Shown in pieces: positions 19,970-29,718 of a stretch of DNA of 64,000 nt; within the stretch, counting starts at the first letter, position 1, and each line of letters starts with the position of its first letter. The stretch spans positions 82,116 through 146,115 of the forward strand of contig CACJBO010000001.1 of the NCBI GenBank assembly GCA_902591665.1. Reading direction: 5' to 3'. This stretch comes from an uncultured SAR86 cluster bacterium (GTDB lineage Bacteria; Pseudomonadota; Gammaproteobacteria; Magnimaribacterales; D2472). Under the pieces are notes generated by a model that was given only the letters and a program-made list of their open reading frames with translations, was not told the DNA's origin and searched no databases. The translations under genes and the position numbers were made by a program.

Positions 19970-20084
19970 AGAATATAAACATCCAAAAAGATATCTCACA
20001 CACCCTAAAAACATACTCGAACTTTAATTTTTTTCTAGTAAAAATTCTAATTTACAAAATAAAAAATTAGAGTTAAATTTAAGC

Positions 20085-22688
20085 ATGACTGAAAATATAA
20101 ACTCAAAATTTCCATCAGAAGCAGATGTAGTCATCGTTGGTGTAGGCGGCATTGTTGGCTCAATGATTGCATATTGGCTATCTGAATTGGGACAAAAAAA
20201 TATAGTAGGATTAGAAAAATCCAGCGTAATACCGTCAGATATTGCATCAACGGCTCACGCTTCTGATTTCGTGTATAACACTACTCATGACAAATTAGGC
20301 TGTTGGACAACAGCATATAGCCGAAAGTTTTATGAAGATAATGGCTTTTTCTTAAAGAAAGGTGGCTTAGAAATTTGCCGAAAAGGTGACGATGCCAGAT
20401 GGGAGGAATTAAAAAGAAAGGTGGGCTCTGGAAAGGCATTTGGAACCAATGTACGACTTATTTCAGCAGCTGAAGCTAAAGAAAAATTTCCATTGTTAGA
20501 TGAAGAGTCTTTAATGGGTGCAATGTGGGACCCAGATGCCGGATTAGTAATACCGAGATCTCAAGATGTTGTCAGTTTTGCTGTTGAGAGTGCAAAAGAT
20601 AAAGGTGCCTTGAAAACATTTACAGACACACCAGCCATAGATTTTGAAGTTGAGAATGGGCGTGTTACTGGAGTCAAGACTGATAAAGGATTTATAAAAG
20701 CAGATAAAGTAGTAATTTGCTCAGGCATATGGGGGCCTTTGATGGGTAAAAAAGCTGGGGTTCCAGTTCCATTAATGCCGTTAGAGCATCCCTTATTATT
20801 TTTTGGGCCACTTCCAGAAGCTCAAGGCGCTGAAGATTTTCTTGTATACCCTCTTCTTCGCGATCAGGGTAACTCAGCGTACGTTAGAGATACTGGAAGA
20901 CTTCATGGCGGTATGCTTGAGTGGGGTTTTTATGAAGACAAAGAACCGCGTCTAGTTGATCCTGAAGATATAGGCAATCCAGAAAAAACAATGGGCTCAG
21001 ATTCGATGCGATATCTAGATTTAGAAGAAATAGCTGAACCTCTAGAAAAAGCTTTTGAAACAACTCCAATATTAAATGAGCTAGGCTGGGATGAAAGAAG
21101 CTCATTTAATGGTCTATTGTCTGTTACTACTGATGCTGGGTCTCTAATAGGAGAAAGTCCTGAGGTTAGAGGGTTCTGGTTATGTGAAGCCGTTTGGGTC
21201 AAAGATGGTCCAGGATGTGCAAGATTATGTGCAGAACTAATGGTAAATGGCAAAACGCAAGTTGATATGCATTCATTTGATATTGCACGACTGTACCCAG
21301 AGCAAAAAGAAAAAGAATTTGTTAAATCTAGAGCTTTTGAAAACTCTCAGACTATTTACACCCCTGCTGTTCATCCTAGAGAACCTTATATCTCTGAAAG
21401 AGAAAAGTTTGTAAGCCCTTTTTATGAAAGAGAAAAAGAGCTTGGTGGATATTTTGATAATGAAGTGGCCCGCTGGGAAAGAGCATTTGCATATGAAAGC
21501 AATAGAGAAAAACTTCAAGATTATTTAAAAGATATTCCAGTTAGAGAAAACGAATGGGATAGTCGTCATGTGCCCTATGAGCTTGCAAATGCTGAGCATC
21601 TTGCCATGAGTGATTCTGTTGGAATGATAAACCTTTCTCATTTTCCAATCATGGATATTGAAGGTCCAGATGCAGAAAAAATGCTCGAATATCTTTCAGT
21701 AGCAAAAGTCGGTGGCAATACTCCTATTGGAAAAGTTATATATACAAATTTTCTTGATGAAGATGGTGGCGTGCATGCTGACTTAACTATCTCAAGACTT
21801 GGTGATACCAAGTACAGGATTGTAACTGGTGGTGCTGATGGTAATAGAGATTGGGTTACATTGCGTAATTATAGGGACGATAATAATCTTGATGCTGAAA
21901 TTACAATTATGACCCATGATATAGCAACTCTTGGTTTGTGGGGTCCAAAAGCTGAAGAGGCATTAGGTAATTTTGTTGATGCAGATGAAATTAGCTTAGA
22001 AAATTTTCCATTTGTAACAGCAAAAAATTTAACCCTTAATTTATCGGGCGGAAAAACTATTGATGTCTGGGCTGCAAGAATATCCTATGTGGGTGAAAGC
22101 GGTTGGGAAATTTACCTCAACAATAATAGCGATGAAGGCTTAGCATTATATGATTCATTACTTGAAGTTGGAGTAATGCCTGTTGGAATAGAAACCTATG
22201 CTAACAGCAGACGTCTTGAAAAAAGTTTTAGGCTTCAGGGAGCTGATCTAGAAACTGAATACAATGCATGTGAAGCTGCTATTCAAAGGCCTCTTGTCAA
22301 AGAAGCAGATTTTCATGGAAAAGCTGCTCATTTAAAACATAGAGAAGAAGACCCATGTGCAATTTTGTGCACCATGACTGTGGATGACCTCAATGTATCG
22401 GGAGTTCCTAGGTACCCTGTTGGAATTTCTCCAATCATTGATCCAACTACTGGAGAAGTCCCGGTGGATAGTAAAGGAAGGAGATCATACACTACTGGAA
22501 TGTCTTATTGCCCTTCTATAAAAGAGTTTGTTGTTATGGGTTATTTGCCTGCTGAACTTGCAAAAGAAGGTCAAAAGCTAGCCATAGAATACTTTAATGA
22601 AGATGGTGATGGTGTTTATCCTATTACGGTTAAAATAGTTGGCAAAGGGTCACTTTATGATCCTGAAAATAAAAAGGTTCGTAGCTAA
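20085..22688 (+). CDS. FAD-dependent oxidoreductase fused to a GcvT-type aminomethyltransferase domain (dimethylglycine/sarcosine dehydrogenase family)
   Basis: N-terminal VVIVGVGGIVGS FAD fold and a C-terminal folate-binding GcvT-like domain (..GESGWEIY..). Length is 867 aa. Confidence 0.8.
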   Translation: MTENINSKFPSEADVVIVGVGGIVGSMIAYWLSELGQKNIVGLEKSSVIPSDIASTAHASDFVYNTTHDKLGCWTTAYSRKFYEDNGFFLKKGGLEICRKGDDARWEELKRKVGSGKAFGTNVRLISAAEAKEKFPLLDEESLMGAMWDPDAGLVIPRSQDVVSFAVESAKDKGALKTFTDTPAIDFEVENGRVTGVKTDKGFIKADKVVICSGIWGPLMGKKAGVPVPLMPLEHPLLFFGPLPEAQGAEDFLVYPLLRDQGNSAYVRDTGRLHGGMLEWGFYEDKEPRLVDPEDIGNPEKTMGSDSMRYLDLEEIAEPLEKAFETTPILNELGWDERSSFNGLLSVTTDAGSLIGESPEVRGFWLCEAVWVKDGPGCARLCAELMVNGKTQVDMHSFDIARLYPEQKEKEFVKSRAFENSQTIYTPAVHPREPYISEREKFVSPFYEREKELGGYFDNEVARWERAFAYESNREKLQDYLKDIPVRENEWDSRHVPYELANAEHLAMSDSVGMINLSHFPIMDIEGPDAEKMLEYLSVAKVGGNTPIGKVIYTNFLDEDGGVHADLTISRLGDTKYRIVTGGADGNRDWVTLRNYRDDNNLDAEITIMTHDIATLGLWGPKAEEALGNFVDADEISLENFPFVTAKNLTLNLSGGKTIDVWAARISYVGESGWEIYLNNNSDEGLALYDSLLEVGVMPVGIETYANSRRLEKSFRLQGADLETEYNACEAAIQRPLVKEADFHGKAAHLKHREEDPCAILCTMTVDDLNVSGVPRYPVGISPIIDPTTGEVPVDSKGRRSYTTGMSYCPSIKEFVVMGYLPAELAKEGQKLAIEYFNEDGDGVYPITVKIVGKGSLYDPENKKVRS

Positions 22689-22709
22689 TTAATTAAAAAT
22701 TTAATCTTA

Positions 22710-22738
22710 ATGACATTGGGTAGAATCTTTTCTATAAT
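22710..22738 (+). promoter_or_regulatory. Sigma-70-type promoter for tRNA-Phe (ATGACA - 17 nt - TATAAT)
   Basis: The -35 hexamer matches 5/6. The spacer is 17 nt. The -10 is a perfect TATAAT ending 15 nt before the tRNA 5' end. Confidence 0.5.
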
Positions 22739-22753
22739 CCTCTTTCATTTATT

Positions 22754-22829
22754 GCCCAGATAGCTCAGTTGGTAGAGCAAAGGACTGAAAATCCTTGTGT
22801 CGGTGGTTCGATCCCACCTCTGGGCACCA
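22754..22829 (+). tRNA. tRNA-Phe (anticodon GAA), CCA encoded
   Basis: Cloverleaf folded by hand: acceptor GCCCAGA/TCTGGGC, D stem GCTC/GAGC, anticodon stem AAGGA/TCCTT with loop CTGAAAA, T arm GGTGG-TTCGATC-CCACC. Length is 76 nt. Confidence 0.95.
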
Positions 22830-22850
22830 TTCAAATCTAAATTAAAATAA

Positions 22851-24206
22851 TTACTTTTTAAGCCTTATAGGTATTTCTTGAATCGCATGAACAAAATTGT
22901 TTGGTGCAACTTTCCAATCTCCAGTTAATTGATAATCTGGATATCTTGATAAAAACTGTGAGAAAAACTCTCTTAATTGCATTAAAGCAACAGGCTTACC
23001 GAGGCAGGTGTGTCTTCCAATTCCAAATGCAAGATGTTTCTCAGCATTGCTTCTCATGATATTAAATTTATCTGGATCATCAAAAATTTCAGGGTCCCTG
23101 TTTGCAGCTCCATACCATAATGCAATTTTTTCATAAGGGCCTATTCTTTGTTCACCTATAACCGTTTCCTCGAGCGAAGTTCTTCTCATATGGATTACAG
23201 GAGAAACATATCTAACAGTCTCATTGATTAGTCCTGAGACCCTTTCAAAATCATCTAAAACTAATTGTTTTTGCTCAGGATTATCGTGAAGTAATTTAAT
23301 ACCGCCACTCATAGTATTCCTAGTAGTGTCGTTTCCCGCAAAAACTATTAATAGCCATGAGCCATCAAGAAATTCTTGTGATAAATCCTCTCCTTCAATC
23401 TTTGCGTTTGCAATTGCGCTTAGTAAATCATTTTCTGGTTTCTCTTTTTTCTTATTAAGAATATATCTTCCGTAGTCAAACATTTCATCAATCATATTGT
23501 CGAACATCTCAACTAGAGCAGGATCTGGTGTCGTGTCAGTTACACCTTCTTCATTTTGCTTAATTTGTTCAAGGGTAAAATATTGAGCTAACTCTAAAAA
23601 TTCCATCCACTCTACAAGTTTTTGTCTATCTGATTCAGGAATACCCAAGATTTCAGACAGAGTGTAGATTGGCAGTTGTTGAGATATTTCTTTAACTAAA
23701 TTAAATTCATTTAACTTTTCTGCCTCATCCAGTAACTGACTAACTTTCATCGAAACTTTATTTTGTAATTCGTCTATATAGCCCGGCTTGAAAAAAGGCA
23801 TATGCTCTTTTCTCAGGTTTAGATGCATCTCACCATCAAGATTAAGCATATGATCAATCGTAGATTTAAATAATTTTGGGTGTCTGTTTTCTTCTGAGCC
23901 AAGTGTTAATAAGTTACCAGTTGAGTACTGTGATGAAAAAATCTTTGGATTCATTGAAACCATCTTTATATCTTCGTATCTTGTGAGAACCCAATAACCT
24001 GGTTCTGGATCACTCAACATCGGGGGGTGAAAAAATACCGGGGCATTTTCTCTAAGCTCTTTATATAAATCAAAGGGTTGGCCTTTTGTAAAAAGATCTA
24101 AATCATTCAGAAAATTTGATGGACTATGTACAAACTTTTTTTCAAAGCTTGGGATATTAATTTTATTATTTAAAATCTCAGATGATAGAACGAAACTTTT
24201 AGACAT
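22851..24206 (-). CDS. Cytochrome P450 monooxygenase
   Basis: Heme-thiolate loop FGIGRHTCLG, I-helix AGNDTT, and ETVRY (ExxR). Length is 451 aa. Confidence 0.9.
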   Translation of the reverse strand: MSKSFVLSSEILNNKINIPSFEKKFVHSPSNFLNDLDLFTKGQPFDLYKELRENAPVFFHPPMLSDPEPGYWVLTRYEDIKMVSMNPKIFSSQYSTGNLLTLGSEENRHPKLFKSTIDHMLNLDGEMHLNLRKEHMPFFKPGYIDELQNKVSMKVSQLLDEAEKLNEFNLVKEISQQLPIYTLSEILGIPESDRQKLVEWMEFLELAQYFTLEQIKQNEEGVTDTTPDPALVEMFDNMIDEMFDYGRYILNKKKEKPENDLLSAIANAKIEGEDLSQEFLDGSWLLIVFAGNDTTRNTMSGGIKLLHDNPEQKQLVLDDFERVSGLINETVRYVSPVIHMRRTSLEETVIGEQRIGPYEKIALWYGAANRDPEIFDDPDKFNIMRSNAEKHLAFGIGRHTCLGKPVALMQLREFFSQFLSRYPDYQLTGDWKVAPNNFVHAIQEIPIRLKK

Positions 24207-24307
24207 TATGTAAATAGTTTACTATTTTTATCATTCAATTGTTTTAAATTTTTTAAGTCTATATTAACCTGTTAATTGGAGATAAATAATCATCAAAAAT
24301 ATTTTAC

Positions 24308-25525
24308 ATGGCTGTTGTTAAAGGATATTGCGATTCTAAATTTAAAGAAATAGAAGATATTCTAAGAGATTCTATTGAGTCTAGTTATGAGATTGGTGCT
24401 TCTGTCGCGGTTTCATATAACAAAGAGATGATAGTAGATCTTCATGGCGGCTTTAAAGATGAATCTAAAAACATAGCCTGGGATAAAGATACCATCGTTA
24501 ATACTTATTCGGTCACAAAGGGTGTTACAGCAATTTGCATTGCTATGCTAATCGATAGAGGCCAACTTGATGTTAATAAAAAGGTATCTGATTACTGGCC
24601 TGAGTATGGTTGCAATGGCAAAGAGAATACCAAAGTTATAGATTTTTTATGTCACAGGGCTTGCAACTTTGGTTTTCACAATGGAATCCCTTCAGGTAGT
24701 TGGCAAAACTGGAATCTTTACGCAGACATTCTTGCAAAACAAGAGCCATTTGCAGAACCCGGATCAATGCAAGGCTATCATGCTATAACTTACGGATGGC
24801 TTGTGGGTGAAATCATTAGAAGGATTGATGGACGAGATGTTGGTACTTATTTTAAAGAGGAGATTGCTGAGCCGTTAAATATAAATTTTAAGATTGGTTT
24901 ATCAGAAGAAGATTTTGTTAATTGTGCTGATATGAAAGTTCTTGAAGATTTTAGTGACAGTAACCCTCCTTTAGAAAAAATTAAATATGTCCCAGATATT
25001 ATGCTCCCAGAAAAATTAAAAAATTTAAAAAAATCTATGGAAACAGGTCATTTTAAAATAGCTTTTCAAAAAAGAGCTGGTGATAACAAAGAATATGTTA
25101 ATTCACCAGATTGGCGCAAGGCGCAAATTCCATCAGCAAATGGCCACGGAACTTCTGAGGGTCTTGCCAAGCTGTATGGAATTTTAAGTTCAGATTGTAA
25201 AGAAGATGTAAATGAAATTATAAATCCTGAGACCCTTAGATATTGTATTCAGCCCTACTCATCAGGTCCTGATACAGTCTTATTTGGTTCTGATATAACT
25301 TTTGGTCTTGGGTTTGAGTTAGCTAGTGAGATGCTTTTAAAAGGTAGTTTTTCGCCAAGATTTATGGGATCTATGTATGGTCATGCTGGCATTGGTGGAG
25401 CAGTTGCATTTGGAGATATAGATAAAAAAATAGGTTTCTCTTTTTTATGTAACAAAATGCATGACACAAAAAATTTATATAAGACTGCTAATCAATTAAT
25501 TGATGCGCTTTACTCAAAAATTTAG
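24308..25525 (+). CDS. Serine hydrolase, class C beta-lactamase / family VIII esterase fold
   Basis: S-x-x-K nucleophile motif YSVTKGV near the N-terminus. Length is 405 aa. There is no signal peptide, so it is more likely a cytoplasmic esterase than a beta-lactamase or PBP. Confidence 0.75.
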   Translation: MAVVKGYCDSKFKEIEDILRDSIESSYEIGASVAVSYNKEMIVDLHGGFKDESKNIAWDKDTIVNTYSVTKGVTAICIAMLIDRGQLDVNKKVSDYWPEYGCNGKENTKVIDFLCHRACNFGFHNGIPSGSWQNWNLYADILAKQEPFAEPGSMQGYHAITYGWLVGEIIRRIDGRDVGTYFKEEIAEPLNINFKIGLSEEDFVNCADMKVLEDFSDSNPPLEKIKYVPDIMLPEKLKNLKKSMETGHFKIAFQKRAGDNKEYVNSPDWRKAQIPSANGHGTSEGLAKLYGILSSDCKEDVNEIINPETLRYCIQPYSSGPDTVLFGSDITFGLGFELASEMLLKGSFSPRFMGSMYGHAGIGGAVAFGDIDKKIGFSFLCNKMHDTKNLYKTANQLIDALYSKI

Positions 25526-25527
25526 AT

Positions 25528-26259
25528 TTAGCTATTGATAAATTTCTGTCTTTGCCAAGACAAAATTGAGAAAGGAATTGTAAAAAAATATATCAAAGCC
25601 AGTACATTTAATGTGTGCCATGGAAAATTAATCATACTTAAGACTAAACCAGAGAAGATCATTAAGAAAATTAGTTTAGATTTAATAAAAAAATCCCTGC
25701 CCTTGATTGAGAAAGTTGGTATTTTGCTTACCAATAAACCACTTATAAGAATTATATATCCTGCAACAAAATTAAGATTTTCATAAGCCCAGTCATATCC
25801 TATATAAACATGGGTTAAAGGAAGCATAATTAATATGGCACCAGCTGGAGTTGGTATGCCAGTGAAGAAATCCACTCTTTGTGCCTCATTACTCTTTGAT
25901 TTTTCATGAAGAACATTAAAAAGAGCCAGCCTTAAGCAAGAAAATACAATAAAAACCAAGGCTGCAAAAGCACCAATACTATTTTGATTAAATATTGCCA
26001 TGTACATTAATAAGCCAGGAGCAATACCAAAACTTAAAAAGTCTGATAAGGAGTCTAATTGAAATCCGAGATCTGACTCACTATCTAAATGTCTCGCAAG
26101 CATACCATCAAGAGCATCGCATACAGCTGCAAATAAAATACAAATTATTGCCAGGTTAAATTCACCTTCTATTGCAAATCTCATTGAGCTTAATCCAAAG
26201 CTTAAACCAGATAGTGTTATTAAATTTGGTAAAAGTGATCTTAGATTTATTTTTTTCAT
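25528..26259 (-). CDS. pssA: CDP-diacylglycerol--serine O-phosphatidyltransferase (CDP-alcohol type)
   Basis: DALDGMLAR..(x)..D..SD CDP-alcohol phosphatidyltransferase motif. Polytopic membrane protein. It lies downstream of psd. Confidence 0.85.
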   Translation of the reverse strand: MKKINLRSLLPNLITLSGLSFGLSSMRFAIEGEFNLAIICILFAAVCDALDGMLARHLDSESDLGFQLDSLSDFLSFGIAPGLLMYMAIFNQNSIGAFAALVFIVFSCLRLALFNVLHEKSKSNEAQRVDFFTGIPTPAGAILIMLPLTHVYIGYDWAYENLNFVAGYIILISGLLVSKIPTFSIKGRDFFIKSKLIFLMIFSGLVLSMINFPWHTLNVLALIYFFTIPFSILSWQRQKFINS

Positions 26260-26263
26260 AGGC

Positions 26264-26938
26264 TTAGTTCAATGTTGCAAGCACACTTTCTCCGGCTATA
26301 ACTTTGTCACCAACTTTGCAATTTAAAGTTGCATCCTGGGGCATGTAAATGTCGACTCTAGATCCAAATCTAATTAATCCATATCTTTCACCTTGATCAA
26401 GATACTGATCATCAGTGACAAACCCTAAAATTCTTCTAGCAATTAACCCAGCAATTTGAACAACTACAAGTTGGATACCATTAGTGTTTGAGATAACCAT
26501 GCTACTTCTCTCATTCTTTTCACTTGCTTTGTCTAAACTAGCATTTAAAAAACTTCCTTCTTTATAAATAATTTTATCTATTCTTCCCTCAACAGGACTT
26601 CTGTTTATATGAACGTTAAACACATTCATAAAAACACATATGCGAAGCATATGATTATTCCCAATCTGAACTTCTTTAGGCGGTATCGCTTGGTCAATCA
26701 AGCAGACCTTGCCATCAGCAGAGCTAATAACAGCATTTGGATTTTTAGGAGTATTCCTTTTTGGATTTCTAAAAAACCATAATGTAAACAATGTCAGTAA
26801 ATAACCTATGAATGATATCGGGGCATAAATTAAAGACACTAAGAAAGATAATACAAAAAAGATAAGTGCAAACTTCCACCCTTCAGGATGGATATAATAT
26901 TTTGAATTTGAATCTTTGTTTTTCATTGTATTATCCAA
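26264..26938 (-). CDS. psd: Phosphatidylserine decarboxylase proenzyme (short form)
   Basis: N-terminal TM helices and the FGSR self-cleavage region (G-S). Length is 224 aa. Confidence 0.85.
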   Translation of the reverse strand: MDNTMKNKDSNSKYYIHPEGWKFALIFFVLSFLVSLIYAPISFIGYLLTLFTLWFFRNPKRNTPKNPNAVISSADGKVCLIDQAIPPKEVQIGNNHMLRICVFMNVFNVHINRSPVEGRIDKIIYKEGSFLNASLDKASEKNERSSMVISNTNGIQLVVVQIAGLIARRILGFVTDDQYLDQGERYGLIRFGSRVDIYMPQDATLNCKVGDKVIAGESVLATLN

Positions 26939-27003
26939 TAATCATTAACCTCTTTATTTTTTATAAATTCGGTCAAATAAAAGTGGTAAAGTATAGTTTA
27001 ACT

Positions 27004-28272
27004 ATGAATTTTTTCCAAAACATGATTTCTTCAATAATGGAGAATGGTCTTAGCTTGAGTAGATTTCGTGCTCAGGGCTTTGGTACTCTTCATAAAGATA
27101 TAAATCAAGCAACTGAGTCAGTTATGCATACAAGCGGAGAGGTTTCTTCGATTGCATTTGCTGAACATTTACTAGATTTAATAGAGAGTCAGAGCACTGA
27201 GGATTTAGTGATATATCTTGAATACCTACTAAGTAAATATGATGTTGACACAGAAGTTATTGTTAAAGCTGCTAAAGAATATTCAACAAACAAAAATCAA
27301 AAAAATCTTCAGGAGCTTAGTAATGCTGCTGAACCAAAATGGATAGAGTTATTTCGAAGGTTAAATGCTACTCCAAACGGAACTCATAGGCTTATAGAGC
27401 TAAGAGAACAAATTAGACTACTTTTAAAAGAAGGAAATAGTCAACTCAAGCCCCTTGATTCTGGTTTGCTTAAACTATTTAAGTATTGGTTTAATCCATC
27501 ATTTCTTGTATTAGAAAAAATAGATTGGTCAACTCCGGCAAATGTTCTTGAAAAAATAATAGAGTATGAGGCTGTTCATGAAATAAATTCATGGAAAGAT
27601 TTAAGATCAAGGCTAGCACCAAATGACAGACAATGCTTTGCATTTTTTCATCCTCTAGTTCCTGAAGATCCACTTATATTTGTTGAAGTTGCTCTTACAA
27701 AAAAAATACCAACATCAATTCAGAACATTATTGCAATGGATAGAGAGGAAACAAACTCAGACGAAATAAATACAGCAGTTTTTTACTCCATATCTAATTG
27801 TCAGGATGGTTTATCGGGAATTTCATTTGGAAATTTTTTAATCAAAAAGGTTGCTCATAAGCTTAAACAAGAAATTCAGGGGCTCAATACATTTGTTACT
27901 CTGTCTCCAGTTCCTGGATTAATGAAATGGATGGAAAATAACGCTCCATTAGTTTATGAAAATTGTTTAAATAAGGTTCCTGATGATGAAAATCTTATTA
28001 AAAAAACAGTAAGTTACCTAACAGAATCTAATAGAGAAGATCTGCTGCCCAATGATCCAGTTGCAAGATTTCATCTAGGTAATGGAGCAATTCTTCATAA
28101 AATAAATTTAAATGCAGATATGTCTACTAAAGGCATGGAGCAATCTCATGGAGTAATGATTAATTATTTGTATGACTTAAGCGTTGTTGAGAGAAATCAT
28201 GAGCAATTTTTTAAAGATAAAGAAGTTATCCTATCAAATGAAATTAAATCATTGAAAAAAAAATATAGTTAG
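27004..28272 (+). CDS. Malonyl-CoA decarboxylase family protein
   Basis: FYSISNCQDGLSGISFGNFLIKKV matches the conserved MCD catalytic-domain motif. Start re-set to the ATG at 27004. The track start at 26866 would overlap psd by 73 nt. Confidence 0.8.
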   Translation: MNFFQNMISSIMENGLSLSRFRAQGFGTLHKDINQATESVMHTSGEVSSIAFAEHLLDLIESQSTEDLVIYLEYLLSKYDVDTEVIVKAAKEYSTNKNQKNLQELSNAAEPKWIELFRRLNATPNGTHRLIELREQIRLLLKEGNSQLKPLDSGLLKLFKYWFNPSFLVLEKIDWSTPANVLEKIIEYEAVHEINSWKDLRSRLAPNDRQCFAFFHPLVPEDPLIFVEVALTKKIPTSIQNIIAMDREETNSDEINTAVFYSISNCQDGLSGISFGNFLIKKVAHKLKQEIQGLNTFVTLSPVPGLMKWMENNAPLVYENCLNKVPDDENLIKKTVSYLTESNREDLLPNDPVARFHLGNGAILHKINLNADMSTKGMEQSHGVMINYLYDLSVVERNHEQFFKDKEVILSNEIKSLKKKYS

Positions 28273-28277
28273 TAAGT

Positions 28278-29228
28278 ATGTCTGAAATCTTCACACTCTT
28301 CCCACCAATTGAGCCATTTAATAGTGGTTTCATGGAAAGAGATGATCATCAAATTTATTACGAACAATGTGGGAACCCAAATGGAAAGCCAGCTGTTTTT
28401 TTACACGGAGGACCTGGAGGTGGAGGCAGTACCGCTGTTAGAAGGTTCTTTGATCCTAAAAAATACCATATCGTAATCTTTGACCAAAGAGGTTGTGGAA
28501 GGAGCAAACCTCACGGCTGTCTTGAAAAAAATACTACATGGGACCTTGTTGAAGATATAGAAGCTCTTAAGAATATGCTTAGAATTAAAAATTGGCTTGT
28601 TTTTGGAGGTTCATGGGGCAGTACATTATCTCTTGCATACTCTCAAACATACCCAGCATCGGTTAGCGAAATGGTTCTGCGGGGAATCTTCATGCTCAGA
28701 AAAAAAGAGCTGGATTGGTTCTATCAAGAAGGTGCTAGTAATATTTTCCCAGAAGCTTGGGAAAAATTTTTAGAACCAATTGATCAAAACCAACGAGATG
28801 ATTTGATGTCTGCATACCACAAAATATTTAAAAGTGATGATGAAGAAAAAAAACTAGCTGCAGCAATAGCTTGGTCTAGGTGGGAAGGTTCAACTAGCAG
28901 TTTAAGTTATAACCCAGATATGGCTGATAGCTTTTCTAATCCTCACTTTGCATTAGCTTTTGCTCTTATTGAAAATCACTATTTTGTAAATAAGGGTTTT
29001 CTAGAGCATGAGAATCAACTAATTGAATCTGGAATAGATATCATAAGAAATATTCCTACTACAATCGTTCAAGGTAGATACGACATTGTTTGTCCAATGA
29101 CAACTGCATGGGAGCTTTCTAAAAATTGGCCTGAAGCTAAATTAATAGTAGCGCCCTCCTCTGGACATACTGCTTTTGAAAAAGAGGTAACCCATGAACT
29201 TATAAAAGCAACAAATGGATATGCATAG
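28278..29228 (+). CDS. pip: Prolyl aminopeptidase (proline iminopeptidase, S33)
   Basis: HGGPGGG oxyanion motif and the GGSWGSTL nucleophile elbow. Length is 316 aa. Confidence 0.9.
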   Translation: MSEIFTLFPPIEPFNSGFMERDDHQIYYEQCGNPNGKPAVFLHGGPGGGGSTAVRRFFDPKKYHIVIFDQRGCGRSKPHGCLEKNTTWDLVEDIEALKNMLRIKNWLVFGGSWGSTLSLAYSQTYPASVSEMVLRGIFMLRKKELDWFYQEGASNIFPEAWEKFLEPIDQNQRDDLMSAYHKIFKSDDEEKKLAAAIAWSRWEGSTSSLSYNPDMADSFSNPHFALAFALIENHYFVNKGFLEHENQLIESGIDIIRNIPTTIVQGRYDIVCPMTTAWELSKNWPEAKLIVAPSSGHTAFEKEVTHELIKATNGYA

Positions 29229-29718
29229 AATTAAAAATGTAAGCTTTATAGGGATGGCTGGTTGCGGAAAATCAACTATTGGAAAGGCATTATCCGAAAA
29301 TTTGGGAATTAATTTTACTGATACTGACTTATTAATCGAAGAAAGATTTAAAGCTTCTCTTGAGCAAATAAAAAAAGATAACGGATATAAGTTTGTTAGG
29401 TATGCTGAAGAAGAAGTAATACTAAGTCTTGATAAACATATAAAAATTATCTCTACAGGAGGTAGCGCAGTCTATTCTGAAAAGTCGATGTCTCATTTAA
29501 GCTCTTTTTCTAAAATTGTTTATATCAATACGCCGCTTGATGAAATAAAAAAAAGAATTGGCCAGGGCCAACAGAGAGGATTAGCTGCTCCTGAGGGTTT
29601 AAGTATTGATGAAATCTATCTAGAAAGAGAGCCTCTTTATAAGAAATGGGCAGATATTACATTGGATGGTAAAGACTCGGTAGAAAATTTATTATCGAGT
29701 ATTCTCGGTTTTATTTGA
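29215..29718 (+). CDS. Shikimate kinase family P-loop kinase (divergent)
   Basis: Walker A GMAGCGKST, a DTD motif after the first strand, and a GGS(A) substrate loop. The lid region is atypical. It is not in the usual aroK-aroB context. Confidence 0.6.
   Translation: MDMHRIKNVSFIGMAGCGKSTIGKALSENLGINFTDTDLLIEERFKASLEQIKKDNGYKFVRYAEEEVILSLDKHIKIISTGGSAVYSEKSMSHLSSFSKIVYINTPLDEIKKRIGQGQQRGLAAPEGLSIDEIYLEREPLYKKWADITLDGKDSVENLLSSILGFI

Noticed and set aside
20884-21518. Three minus-strand ORFs (73, 107 and 81 aa) inside the FAD/GcvT fusion gene
   Set aside because: They are antisense shadows with no motifs. The plus-strand 867-aa reading frame is continuous and domain-complete.
24212-24227. 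7-2-7 palindrome AAATAGT-TT-ACTATTT just upstream of the P450 start
   Set aside because: It is entirely A/T-rich (one G, one C) in very AT-rich DNA, so it is plausible by chance. It matches no known operator consensus I can name.
22830-26260. Genomic island integrated at tRNA-Phe
   Set aside because: There is no integrase, transposase or phage gene. I did not spot a direct repeat of the tRNA 3' end downstream. The flanking pssA/psd genes are core. I kept only a weak possibility of ancient acquisition of the P450/esterase pair.
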